A stretch of 64,000 bases of DNA, taken from positions 704,001 to 768,000 of the forward strand of contig CAVQUB010000005.1 in assembly GCA_963716725.1 (NCBI GenBank), read 5' to 3'. Below, piece after piece: positions 40,729-50,223 of this stretch. Numbering within the stretch: the stretch's first letter is position 1; every line of letters begins with the position of its first letter. Under the pieces are notes generated by a model. It worked only from the letters and a program-made list of their open reading frames with translations, did no database searches and was not told the DNA's origin. Both the position numbers and the translations under genes were made by a program. Origin of the DNA: an uncultured delta proteobacterium. GTDB lineage: Bacteria > Myxococcota_A > Polyangia > Polyangiales > Polyangiaceae.

Positions 40729-41463
40729 TCAGAAGTTCACCCGGCGCATCACCGCCCGCGGCAGACGCCGAACCACCACCATGATCGCGGCCCAGGGTGA
40801 AGGCGCGTAGACCACCGGCGTGCCGCGGTCGATGGCCGAGAGCACGCGAGCAGCGACGGCGTCGGCTTCGCCGGCGAAGGGCGGCGGCTCGAGCCCCGCC
40901 GTCATGCCTGTGCGCACGAACCCCGGCTTGACGCACACGACCCGGAGGCCGAGCGCATGGAAGCGGTGGTCCAGGCCCTCCAGATATGCGGCCAAGCCGG
41001 CTTTCGCAGCACCGTAGAGCACGACAGGCTTTCGACCGCGATCACCCGCGACGGATCCGAAAACACAGAGCGTGCCACCGCCACGGGCGAGCAAGCGCCT
41101 GCGAGCGGCTTCGCAGAACAAGATGGTCGAGGTGAAGTCCACGTCCAAGAGTCGGCGCGTCAGGGCCGGGTCTTGCTCGAGCAGCGTCTGAGGCGCAAAC
41201 ATGGCGGCGGTCACCACCACCGTGTCGAACTCGCCCATGCCCTCTTCTATCGTGTCGAGTGCGGCTTCGAACTGCTCCGGATGCTCGAGATCGCAGTGGG
41301 CTGTTGCGACCGAGCCTGCCCCGCGGATCTCGAGGTCGCGAGCGCTGCGCTCGAGCTCTTGGCGATTCCGTCCCAGCAGGCCGATCGTATCTCCGCGTTC
41401 CGCCATGCGCCGAGCCAGCGCACGACCCATGCCTTGAGTGGCGCCCAGGAACAGGGCTCTCAC
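40729..41463 (-). CDS. SDR oxidoreductase, DprE2-like
   Basis: GATQGMG, SVAGDRGR, YGAAK, VKPGFV.T.MT. Confidence 0.85.
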   Translation of the reverse strand: MRALFLGATQGMGRALARRMAERGDTIGLLGRNRQELERSARDLEIRGAGSVATAHCDLEHPEQFEAALDTIEEGMGEFDTVVVTAAMFAPQTLLEQDPALTRRLLDVDFTSTILFCEAARRRLLARGGGTLCVFGSVAGDRGRKPVVLYGAAKAGLAAYLEGLDHRFHALGLRVVCVKPGFVRTGMTAGLEPPPFAGEADAVAARVLSAIDRGTPVVYAPSPWAAIMVVVRRLPRAVMRRVNF

Positions 41464-42839
41464 GAGTGATCTCCCAGCAGGCGCTCGGATTGGGCGCTGC
41501 GAATCGAGTGCGTTGGGTCCCAGGCGTCCCGCACCGACCTCCAGGTGTCCAGTCGAGGTTCCATCTTGGCGAAGTGCTCCGGTCGGCTGAAAGCGTCCTT
41601 GGCAAGGTAGATGCGTCCGCCTGCCCGGATGACGGCCTCATTGAGCGCCGAGACCAGCGTCGGAGTGTTATCGCGGATGGGAAGATCGAGCGCTACCGAG
41701 ATGCCCGGCATCGGAAAAGACAGGAGCCCAGCTCCCTCCGCTCCACAGTCCTTCACCACGCACAGAAATGAGGCGCCACCGTGCTCGGACAGCGTCTCGA
41801 GCACGCGGCGTGCCGCGGCTCGACCGGAGGCGCGAGGCAGCACGCACTGATACTGCGTGACGCCCCGCCGGCCGTACAGGCGATTCCAGTGCGCAACGGC
41901 ATCCAATGGATAGAAGAAGGATTGGGGATGGACGATGCGCCTCCGAGGTGAACGCCCGTGAGCTGCATAAAACAACGAGTTGAACAGGCGGACCAGCGGT
42001 CCGCGCATCAAGCCATCTGGCATGGTGAACGGGACCGACGGCCGCCGGTAGGGCTCGGGGGCGCCCGTTTGCGCTTCTCCAGGCTCCGCCCAGCGCCCGC
42101 GGATCAGGACGCCGCGGCCGAGGCGCTGGCCGTGCGTGAGGCAGTCCACCCACGCGACCGTGAAGGGCCATTCGCGCGCGGAGCGTTCCAGACCGGAGAT
42201 CAGCTCCTCGATGTTGCTCAGGCGGAACTGCTCGGACACTATCCACGGCGAAGGAATGCGCTCGAGCTGTAGCTCGACCTCCAGGATGTGGCCGGTGAGA
42301 CCCATGCCACCGAGCGTGGCGCGGAACAGGTCGGAATTCAGCTGACGCGAGCATTCCAGCACGCGTCCATCTGCGACGCGCAGCAGCAGCCGGGTGACGT
42401 GTTCGCCAAAGCAGCCGGCAACGTGATGGTTCTTGCCATGCACGTCCGCGGCCACCATCCCGCCCAAGGTGACGTTCCAGGTTCCCGGCGAGACCGGCGT
42501 GAACCAACCCCGGGGCAGGAAGGTCGCGAAGAGCGCCCGCAGGGTAAAGCCCGCTTCGGCTCTCAGCACGCCGGTCTCGGGGTCAAAAGCGAGCAGTCGA
42601 TCCGCGAGCATTGTCGCGACCACCTCGCGGCGATCGGACGGCGGGAGCGACGAGTCTCCGTACGACCGCCCCAGCCCGCGGCTGAGGACGGCACCTTGGG
42701 TCGCGCGCGCGAGATCGGTCGGGCATACCTGCCGTGCGCGCACGGGCTGACCGCCCCAGCCGGAGATCAGCTCGTAGCGTTGCTCATGGACCGGTGCCTG
42801 GGCCAAGGACGAAGCGAGTGCAAGGGTCGGAGAATCCAT
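41460..42839 (-). CDS. FAD-binding oxidoreductase, DprE1-like
   Basis: RGLGRSYGD, DVHGKNHH, FFYPLD, QYQC, GGRIYLAKD. Confidence 0.9.
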   Translation of the reverse strand: MDSPTLALASSLAQAPVHEQRYELISGWGGQPVRARQVCPTDLARATQGAVLSRGLGRSYGDSSLPPSDRREVVATMLADRLLAFDPETGVLRAEAGFTLRALFATFLPRGWFTPVSPGTWNVTLGGMVAADVHGKNHHVAGCFGEHVTRLLLRVADGRVLECSRQLNSDLFRATLGGMGLTGHILEVELQLERIPSPWIVSEQFRLSNIEELISGLERSAREWPFTVAWVDCLTHGQRLGRGVLIRGRWAEPGEAQTGAPEPYRRPSVPFTMPDGLMRGPLVRLFNSLFYAAHGRSPRRRIVHPQSFFYPLDAVAHWNRLYGRRGVTQYQCVLPRASGRAAARRVLETLSEHGGASFLCVVKDCGAEGAGLLSFPMPGISVALDLPIRDNTPTLVSALNEAVIRAGGRIYLAKDAFSRPEHFAKMEPRLDTWRSVRDAWDPTHSIRSAQSERLLGDHS

Positions 42840-42902
42840 CTCGCGCCCAGGTGAGCAGGAAGTGTGCCGCCGGACTGGGGTTGCTCGAAGGCGAGGGTGG
42901 TT

Positions 42903-42917
42903 TGGCACGCAAGATGC
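42903..42917 (+). promoter_or_regulatory. sigma54 -24/-12 promoter
   Basis: TGGCACGCAAGATGC, 40 bp upstream of ATG 42957. Confidence 0.65.
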
Positions 42918-42956
42918 GTTAGAATTGCTCGTGCCCAAGCGCAGCCGAGCCGAGAC

Positions 42957-43217
42957 ATGATCGATCCGCGGTGGCTGAATCCGGCTCATCCCGAACGCGT
43001 CTGCTGGGGGTGTGACAAACTCTGCCCGGCGAACGATCTGACGTGCGGGAACGGCACCGAGCGAACGATGCACCCGGCGGAGCTATTCGGCGAGGACTGG
43101 CAGGAGTGGCGGCCGCCCGAAGAGGGGTGCACGGGCGACGACCCTGCCCCGGAGGTGAACGAGCCCCGCACTCCGATCGAAACGACATCAGCGACCTCGC
43201 CCCCGACACGGCCCTAG
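42957..43217 (+). CDS. DUF3079 family small four-Cys protein
   Basis: PAHPERVCWGCDKLC....CGNG.ERT.HP.ELFG.DW. Confidence 0.85.
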   Translation: MIDPRWLNPAHPERVCWGCDKLCPANDLTCGNGTERTMHPAELFGEDWQEWRPPEEGCTGDDPAPEVNEPRTPIETTSATSPPTRP

Positions 43218-43227
43218 TCCCTGACGT

Positions 43228-43767
43228 TCAGAATACCCAAAAGACATCCAGCTCCGGGATCAGCGTCTTCTTGGGAAGCACGAAGTTCACGGCGGCGTCC
43301 CCCCAGGCCACCGGGTCCAAGCCCCGCTCGGAGAAGTTCACTCGCAGCGAGAGCGAACCGTTCTCTGGCGCTGGAGAAGGGGTCGCCTCCCAGCCGGCGC
43401 AAATGCGCTTGATTCCGAGGGTGCCGTTCGCCGCCAAAGACAAAGCCTGCCGCTTTACTCCCGTGGGAGTCACGTCGGTAGATAGCGCAGCGCTCTGTGT
43501 CTTCTCGCTTTCGCTGAGCGCCTCGCTGAGCGCGGCCTGAACGGCGTCCACGACGTCGATGTGTAGGCCCACCTCGTTGATCCGTATCGCCAGAGCCGCG
43601 TAGTCCTCGAGGATCCGCTTGGCGCCCGCCTGATCGAAGACCCCGTCCGGCTGCTCGAAGCGCCGCACGACGTCGCTCATGTCCGGTGGTGTGGGTTTGT
43701 CAATCGGCTCGGGCCTGTCGGCGCACGCACCCACCAGAAGCGCGGCCAATGCGGTTTGAATACGCAT
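43228..43767 (-). CDS. Hypothetical lipoprotein, possibly truncated
   Basis: VGAC lipobox; abrupt C-terminus against the convergent gene. Confidence 0.55.
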   Translation of the reverse strand: MRIQTALAALLVGACADRPEPIDKPTPPDMSDVVRRFEQPDGVFDQAGAKRILEDYAALAIRINEVGLHIDVVDAVQAALSEALSESEKTQSAALSTDVTPTGVKRQALSLAANGTLGIKRICAGWEATPSPAPENGSLSLRVNFSERGLDPVAWGDAAVNFVLPKKTLIPELDVFWVF

Positions 43768-43910
43768 GAGCAGCAAGTGTAGCGTGGTCGGGCTAGCTCG
43801 GGCCGCCATTTCGCGCGATTGAGCGCCGGCCTTGCCGGGCTGAGCGTGCTACCAGCACCAGAGTCATCCATGAGCCCCACCGCCCTCGCCCTGCGTCCCG
43901 GAGTTAGCTG

Positions 43911-44459
43911 TTGAAGCACGTTTGCGGATCGCTCTTCGTCGACTACGTGCGCCTGATCCGATCGCGCAAGGACATTGACTGGTCCCGCTATCTCGAGCCC
44001 GAAGACTCCGGGTTCCTCCAAGGGCGCGTTGATGATTCGGCCTGGTACCCCATCGCGACCTACGAGCGTTTTGGTGTTGGCATTTTGAGCGCGGTCGCTG
44101 GCAACTCGCTCGCGACGGTGCGCATGTGGGGTCAATTTCAAGTCGACGCCATGCTCCGACTTCGACCCGATATCTTGGAGGTGGGCGATCCGCGCGAGTC
44201 GCTGATGCGCGTGGTGGTGCACCGCAAGGGCTTCTTCGACTACGACGTGCTCACGGTGAAGGAAATCCTGGACGATCATGCGCGCCTGGAGCTCAACTAC
44301 GCCATGAACGGCGTGGCCGAGCTGGCCGCGTGCTCGCAGACCTTGGGCGCCCTGGAAGAGTTGGTACGACGCGCCGGCGGCCAGAACGTGCGCGCTGCTT
44401 TCACGGAGCGCACCTGGGAAGGCGACCCCCGCACCGTGCTCGAAATCAACTGGGCGTAG
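43911..44459 (+). CDS. Myxobacterial DUF2378-like protein
   Basis: V.G.LF.DYV...WYP...G.LEEL....G pattern; TTG start after GGAG. Confidence 0.6.
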   Translation: MKHVCGSLFVDYVRLIRSRKDIDWSRYLEPEDSGFLQGRVDDSAWYPIATYERFGVGILSAVAGNSLATVRMWGQFQVDAMLRLRPDILEVGDPRESLMRVVVHRKGFFDYDVLTVKEILDDHARLELNYAMNGVAELAACSQTLGALEELVRRAGGQNVRAAFTERTWEGDPRTVLEINWA

Positions 44460-44492
44460 CGCGCGGGTGGGCCAGCGACTTGCGCGGATCAG

Positions 44493-45116
44493 TCAGTCAC
44501 GAAGGCCCTTCTTGGCGCGGATTTGCGGCACCCATTTGTCGACCCTGGCCGCCCGCGTCTCGGACTTCTTGGCGCCCGAAAAGTGGAGATTGTAGGCCCG
44601 CTGCCGTCCGGGCGTCAGCGCTGCGAACGCGGCCCGCAGCCCGGGGTCGCCTTTCAGACGGACCTGGAGCTCGTCGACGAGCACGAGCTTGGGCGCCTTG
44701 GGAAGCGCCAGCCCCGCCGTCTCTGCGGCGATGGCATGGCGAACATAGTCTCGAAGGACAGCCTCCCGCTTCACGACCTGAGCCGCCGTGGTGAAGCAGA
44801 CGCGAAGCGCCGAGCGTGTATTGTCGCCTTGCTTCTCGAGCAGGCCGTGCGGGTCTGGCAATAGCGCTCCCTTGAAGAACAGCAGGGCGACGAATGCCTT
44901 GAACTCCTGGATGATGGCGACGTTGTTGCCCTCGTGCGCGTAGCAGGGCTTGCCCCATTTCAACGCCTCGCTGAGACCGCAATCGAGCATGATGCTCCGC
45001 AACCGAGCGCACTCCTTCGGCCATCGCCTGCCCTTGGCCAGGTAGGCGTCGACCTCGGGGCTCTTGCTCGCTCTCGCTGCTCGTCTTGCGGGCACGCCTT
45101 CGTCTCCTACGCCCAT
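44493..45116 (-). CDS. YdeI/OmdA family protein (DUF1801)
   Basis: LKWGKPCY, FFKGALL, LTPGRQRAY...AK...TR. Confidence 0.9.
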   Translation of the reverse strand: MGVGDEGVPARRAARASKSPEVDAYLAKGRRWPKECARLRSIMLDCGLSEALKWGKPCYAHEGNNVAIIQEFKAFVALLFFKGALLPDPHGLLEKQGDNTRSALRVCFTTAAQVVKREAVLRDYVRHAIAAETAGLALPKAPKLVLVDELQVRLKGDPGLRAAFAALTPGRQRAYNLHFSGAKKSETRAARVDKWVPQIRAKKGLRD

Positions 45117-45317
45117 GGATGTGGCCAGAGCGCCGCCGTGGGGTCAAGGGTGGCAGCCGGAACTCGTCAACGCGGATGCGACCTGCGAACCCGGTCGAGT
45201 GGCACATGAGCACGGACGGTCCGCGCCCTGAGCCGGCGTCGCGCTCGGCTCGTCCGACCGCATTTGCGCTCGCGCTCCGCCTACGCCGCCGATCGTGAGC
45301 TAGAGTCGGATCGGTCC

Positions 45318-47306
45318 ATGCACGACCCGCTCGATCCATCCGCGGTGGGCACGCAGACCCGCCTCGAAAACGAGCTCCGCCAGGCGGAGCAGCGGTTCCG
45401 TGCGGCTTTCGACAACCCCGCCCTCGGCGTGGCCATCGTCGGCTTGGACGGTCGCTTCCTCCGCGTGAACGGCTGCCTCTGCGAGCTGACCGGATGCTCG
45501 GAGCAGGAGCTGCTCGGACTGACGTTCTCGGAGATGACGCACCCGGACGATGTCCAAGTCGGCGTCGATCATCTGGAGCGCTTGCTGCGGCGCGAGATCC
45601 TGTCCTGCTCGTTCGAGAAGCGTTACCGACGCAAGGACGGCGGGCACGTCTGCTTGCTGGTCAGTCCCACGTTGATCTTGGACGCCGAAGACACTGCGGT
45701 CTACTTCATCAGTCAGTTCCAAGATCTCACGGAGAGCAAGCGAGCGGACGCCGCGCGACGGGAAGCGGAGGCGCGATTCCGCGTCTACGTGGACAACGCC
45801 CCAGATGGGCTGTTCGTGATCGACCGAGAAGGACGTTACGTGGAGGCGAACTCCGCGGCGTGCGCGCTGGTCGGGTACTCCCGCGAAGAACTCTTGCGCC
45901 TCTCGATAGTCGATCTAGTCCCCCCAGCTAGGAGGCAGCTCGCCGCGACCGCGCTGCACGCTCTCAACGAGGGCGAGGACCTACAACGTGAGGCGTTCCT
46001 GCAGGCGAAGAATGGCGAGGTCGTGCCGGTCGAAATGCACGCCGTGATGCTCGGGGGAGGCCAGCTGATGGCCCTCTGTCGCGACATGCGGCCACGCCTT
46101 CGCGCCGAGGCAGAACGCGCAGCCCTCAACGCGAAGCTGCAGCAGGCCCAGAGGCTCGAGAGCTTGGGCTTGCTCGCTGGCGGAGTTGCTCACGACTTCA
46201 ACAACCTACTGGTCGGCATCTTGGGAAACGCGGAGCTCGCCAAACGCGCTCTCGCCCCCGAGGATCCGCGTCGATCGGTCATCGACGGGATCCGTGTCGC
46301 CGCGACGCGAGCCGCCGCGCTGTGCAGTCAGCTCCTGGCGTACACTGGGCGCGGGCGGCGCGAGATCGGGGCGGTGGACCTGGGACAGATCGCGCGGGAG
46401 ACGCCCGAGGTCATCCCGACTTCGACCCTTGGGAAAGCCGAAATCGTCTACGACTTGGCTCCAGGGCTTGCGCTGCTCACGGGTGACATCACTCAGATTC
46501 GGCAGGTCGTGACCAACCTGCTGACCAACGCCTGCGAAGCGCTCGCGGAGGGACGGGGCACGGTCCGAGTGTCGACGGGTCGATGCGAGATCTCGATCGA
46601 CGACGCGCGGGAGATGGGACTGCCGAACGACGCTCCGTCCGGGCCCTATGTCTACCTGGAAGTCGCCGACGATGGGGTGGGAATGGACGAAGCGACGCGC
46701 TCCGCGATGTTCGATCCGTTCTTCACCACCAAGTTCACCGGGCGAGGGTTGGGGCTTGCCGCGTTGCAGGGGATCGTCCGGAGCCACGGGGGCTGCGTGC
46801 AGGTGGTGAGCGACCTCGGGAAAGGCACTTCCGTTCGTGTGATCTTGCCCGCAGGAGCGGCCCCGACGACCGCTGAGGCCAAGCGTGAACTGCGCCCAGG
46901 GACGGACGTGGCCAGAGGCCATCTGCTCTTGATCGACGACGACGCCGCGGTCCGGGATGCGACGCGGGCGATGCTCGAAGCCATCGGCTACGAGGTGGTC
47001 GCGGCTGCAAACGGGGGCGAAGCCGCCGGGATCTTGCACGAGAGCGGTGCGCGAGTTCAGGGCGTGATCATGGACCTGACGATGCCGGATGTCGCCGGAG
47101 AGGACCTGTTCGGCGAAGTGCGGCGCGCACAACCGGGGATCCCCATCGTGATCGCGAGCGGCTACAGCGCGCACGCCCTCCCGGAACTCATGCTGACCGG
47201 TCCGGGAGTCGTCTTCCTCCAGAAGCCATACTCCATCGACCAGCTCTCGACCGCTGTCGCCCGCGCCCTCGATGCCGGGCCGCCGACGCCGTCGCCGACC
47301 GTCTGA
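45318..47306 (+). CDS. Hybrid sensor histidine kinase (two PAS, HisKA, HATPase, receiver)
   Basis: AHDFNNLL, NLLTNA, DDGVGM, FFTTK..GRGLGL, LLIDDD, DLTMP. Confidence 0.95.
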   Translation: MHDPLDPSAVGTQTRLENELRQAEQRFRAAFDNPALGVAIVGLDGRFLRVNGCLCELTGCSEQELLGLTFSEMTHPDDVQVGVDHLERLLRREILSCSFEKRYRRKDGGHVCLLVSPTLILDAEDTAVYFISQFQDLTESKRADAARREAEARFRVYVDNAPDGLFVIDREGRYVEANSAACALVGYSREELLRLSIVDLVPPARRQLAATALHALNEGEDLQREAFLQAKNGEVVPVEMHAVMLGGGQLMALCRDMRPRLRAEAERAALNAKLQQAQRLESLGLLAGGVAHDFNNLLVGILGNAELAKRALAPEDPRRSVIDGIRVAATRAAALCSQLLAYTGRGRREIGAVDLGQIARETPEVIPTSTLGKAEIVYDLAPGLALLTGDITQIRQVVTNLLTNACEALAEGRGTVRVSTGRCEISIDDAREMGLPNDAPSGPYVYLEVADDGVGMDEATRSAMFDPFFTTKFTGRGLGLAALQGIVRSHGGCVQVVSDLGKGTSVRVILPAGAAPTTAEAKRELRPGTDVARGHLLLIDDDAAVRDATRAMLEAIGYEVVAAANGGEAAGILHESGARVQGVIMDLTMPDVAGEDLFGEVRRAQPGIPIVIASGYSAHALPELMLTGPGVVFLQKPYSIDQLSTAVARALDAGPPTPSPTV

Positions 47307-47423
47307 CGGAGGCTCCCACCCCGGGCGCAACGCTACGGGGCGCAGGCGTCCATGCTCTGCTGCCCCGCGCTCCGGCTCAGCGTGAAGAGCACGGGGGCGT
47401 GGCGGCAAAGTCCGGGGGTCTGA

Positions 47424-48014
47424 TCACCAGGTCAGCGCATCGCCGCCGATCGTGACGCCCACGGCGGCCATCGGTATGTCAGCCTCGACAATCAGCCCAA
47501 GGCGCCCCTCGAGCCCGACGCGCACCCGTGACCGCACCAGGAACCAGCCGCTGACTGCAAACAAGTAGCCTCCGTCGAGCTCGGCCGGCGTGATTGTCTC
47601 GCCGAGCACGGTGGAGCGCACTTGCAAGCGGTACGCGCCCATCCCCGCCCGAAGGCGCAGATGCCAGAAGTCGAAGGCGGGCCCCGCGACGAACGCCAAG
47701 GTCGACATCGAGCTGGTCGAGTGGAGCGTCCCGAACGGCGGCCCGACATCCCTCGCCTCCTGGCTCGCGTAGAGTGGGTAGTACCCCACGTCGATGTAGG
47801 GCGAGAGGAAGTACGGCGAACGAAAGAGCGCGTACGCTGCGAAGGCTTCCCCCCCGTTCTTCGACCAGACGCGCTGTTCATTCTCGGTGTGCACACGGAG
47901 CGACCACGAGTGACCGCCGAACAGGTTGACCTCCAGGGCGTGGCGCGGTCCGCTTTCCGCATGCGCGCTCGATGCCAGCGACGCGACGAAAAACAAACAA
48001 CGAGCGCGCTTCAT
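47424..48014 (-). CDS. Secreted, probable small outer-membrane beta-barrel protein
   Basis: Signal peptide ending AHA; alternating beta-strand pattern; terminal Trp. Confidence 0.6.
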   Translation of the reverse strand: MKRARCLFFVASLASSAHAESGPRHALEVNLFGGHSWSLRVHTENEQRVWSKNGGEAFAAYALFRSPYFLSPYIDVGYYPLYASQEARDVGPPFGTLHSTSSMSTLAFVAGPAFDFWHLRLRAGMGAYRLQVRSTVLGETITPAELDGGYLFAVSGWFLVRSRVRVGLEGRLGLIVEADIPMAAVGVTIGGDALTW

Positions 48015-49297
48015 GGTCCGAGCCCGATCTCGTTGCCCAGGCTCTGCACTCGGTGTTGGAGCAAGCCGGGCCGGTTGCTGAGCATGCCGTTGGGCCGTCC
48101 CTCCCGCAGGAAGAGATCCATGAATTCGACCTCGTCGATGGTCCAGTACACGACGGCGTGCCCGTCTGCTTGCAGCGCCTTCACCTCGGACGCGCTCGGA
48201 CCCTGGGTCCAGCGCGGAGCCCAAACGTGACATCCTGTGCTGCGCACATCGCTGGGATCGAGCTCGACGACGCAGTGCGGCCCCTCGGGTCGCTTGGCCT
48301 CGCGGAAGGCGTCCAGGATTTCCGGCTCTCCGAGCCCGACGGCGATCTGAAGCTTGCGCCCTTTGTCCTTGGCGAGCTTCCAGTGCTTCGCCGCGAGATC
48401 GAGCGCCGGCTGAACAGCCGCCGGCCGCTTGATGTCCAGCCAGATCCCTTCCAGATCGGTCTCGTCTATCACTGTCGTCAGGGCATCTTCAACGGTCGGG
48501 ATCGGCTCGCCGTACTCCAGCGTGCAGAGCGCCCGCACGTGCGCGAACGTGTGTTCGTCGAGCGAGCCCCGGCAGTATGTGCCATTGACCAGCCGCGCGC
48601 TGAAGCCCGGTTCGTGGAACAGAATGGGCACGCCGTCCTTGGTGAGCTGCACGTCCACCTCGACGGCCGTCGCGCCGAGTCCCTCCGCCATGCGGATCAG
48701 AGCGAGGCTGTTCTCGGACGCCCCGCAGTCGTCAATGGTCCGGCACCCGCCGCGATGCCCGACGATCATGAACTTGCCCGCGGTATCGAGCAGTGGGCGC
48801 TCGCGCTCCACCGACAGCGCGGCGTCGGGCAGCTCCCCGCCCACGCCGCTCTGGCCCACGAGGCTCGGCATTGAGCCATCGGTGATCGCCGGCCCGATCC
48901 CGCACAGCGCGCGGGCGTGGGCCGCCGGCTCTACGAACAAGCGGATCAAACCCGTGTCAGCGGACGCCGCATAGCGGTAGTACCCCTCGAGCACGAGCCG
49001 CTCCCCCGCGTCGATGCAGCCCGCTCGGAGCACCGCGTACGCGGCGTTCTTGGCCGCAAACAGCGAGACCGCGCGACGCGTCGAGCGCACCACGACGCTC
49101 GACCCGAAGCGCCCGGTGCCGTCGCCGACTCGGTACACGCCCGAGAGGCCCTGCAAGAGCTGCGGATCCGCGGGCGTCGCGGCCGCAAGAAGCCCGCCGT
49201 TCGGAAAGGTCGGGTGCAGGACTTCTTCGCGGGCCGAGCAGGAGAGCCCGAGTCCGAGCGCCACCACGGCCAGAGCGAGGTATCGATCAGAACGCAT
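48011..49297 (-). CDS. Glycerophosphodiester phosphodiesterase lipoprotein
   Basis: GHRGG, ENSL, EVDVQLTKDG.PILFH, YWTID. Confidence 0.9.
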   Translation of the reverse strand: MRSDRYLALAVVALGLGLSCSAREEVLHPTFPNGGLLAAATPADPQLLQGLSGVYRVGDGTGRFGSSVVVRSTRRAVSLFAAKNAAYAVLRAGCIDAGERLVLEGYYRYAASADTGLIRLFVEPAAHARALCGIGPAITDGSMPSLVGQSGVGGELPDAALSVERERPLLDTAGKFMIVGHRGGCRTIDDCGASENSLALIRMAEGLGATAVEVDVQLTKDGVPILFHEPGFSARLVNGTYCRGSLDEHTFAHVRALCTLEYGEPIPTVEDALTTVIDETDLEGIWLDIKRPAAVQPALDLAAKHWKLAKDKGRKLQIAVGLGEPEILDAFREAKRPEGPHCVVELDPSDVRSTGCHVWAPRWTQGPSASEVKALQADGHAVVYWTIDEVEFMDLFLREGRPNGMLSNRPGLLQHRVQSLGNEIGLGP

Positions 49298-50015
49298 AGC
49301 CCGCCAAAAATCTGGGGTACCAAAGGTGTGAACGCGAATCCGAGAAGGCGATCCACGCCTGGTAGTCCGGCTGGGCGTACATCGCCGCGACGCCGTAATA
49401 TACGTCGCCGCGCTTTCCCACGAAATTTTCCACGACCAAAGTCAACGAGGCGCCTGCTAGGGTGATGTTCTGCCGGCTGACGTGCGTCGTGTCACCGAGC
49501 CTCACGTGCTGGGCAAGCATGATGATGCCCTCGACGGCGAGCGAGAAACGGATGTCGCCCATCGGGACGCCGAGGTTCACCCCCGGCTGGTTGAGGTAGC
49601 CCCAAGCCGCGGCGTCGAAGCCCTGCATATCGAGGATGCCGTACCAGACACCGAAGTGGTCCATCACGCCGAAGGAAAGATCCCCGACTCGGTGGGACCA
49701 CGCGGCGCCGAGCTCCAGCTGGTTGGTGACGTAGATGACGCTGGCACGCGCGTCGGCGGAGAATCCGGCGGGCAGCCCGACGCGGACGGCGCCCGTGAGC
49801 TGCGGGACCGTGCGCAGCTCGGATTCGACGGTCTGGCGCGGCAGGATGTCCACCAGTGCCCCGGCCGCCGTCCGGACTCGGTACTCGCCGGGACCGTCGG
49901 GGTGGAAGAGCGGCCCAGGCGACTCGCCGGTCCCAGCGCGAGCCACGCCCGTCGAGGCGACGAGCAGCACCGCCGCGCATGACGCGCGTAAGACATTCGA
50001 ACTCTGGATCCCCAC
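49287..50015 (-). CDS. Secreted, probable outer-membrane beta-barrel protein
   Basis: Signal peptide ending ARA; C-terminal AGYAF; start uncertain. Confidence 0.6.
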   Translation of the reverse strand: MGIQSSNVLRASCAAVLLVASTGVARAGTGESPGPLFHPDGPGEYRVRTAAGALVDILPRQTVESELRTVPQLTGAVRVGLPAGFSADARASVIYVTNQLELGAAWSHRVGDLSFGVMDHFGVWYGILDMQGFDAAAWGYLNQPGVNLGVPMGDIRFSLAVEGIIMLAQHVRLGDTTHVSRQNITLAGASLTLVVENFVGKRGDVYYGVAAMYAQPDYQAWIAFSDSRSHLWYPRFLAGYAF

Positions 50016-50223
50016 CGGCCCCGAGGCTACGCGCTTGGTCGGCGATGCAGCAGACCAACGAGCGGCGTAGTGCTGCCCCGCCGCTCTAGAATCGCCACTC
50101 ATCTGCGCGAGGCTACCTGCAATGCGCCGCGCCCGCAGCTTGCAGTCGCTCAGCCGCGCCCCCTTCGCGCGGCCGCGTTGGATCGGCCCAATCGCCGGCC
50201 GCGCCCGTCGGACTCCGGCGCGA

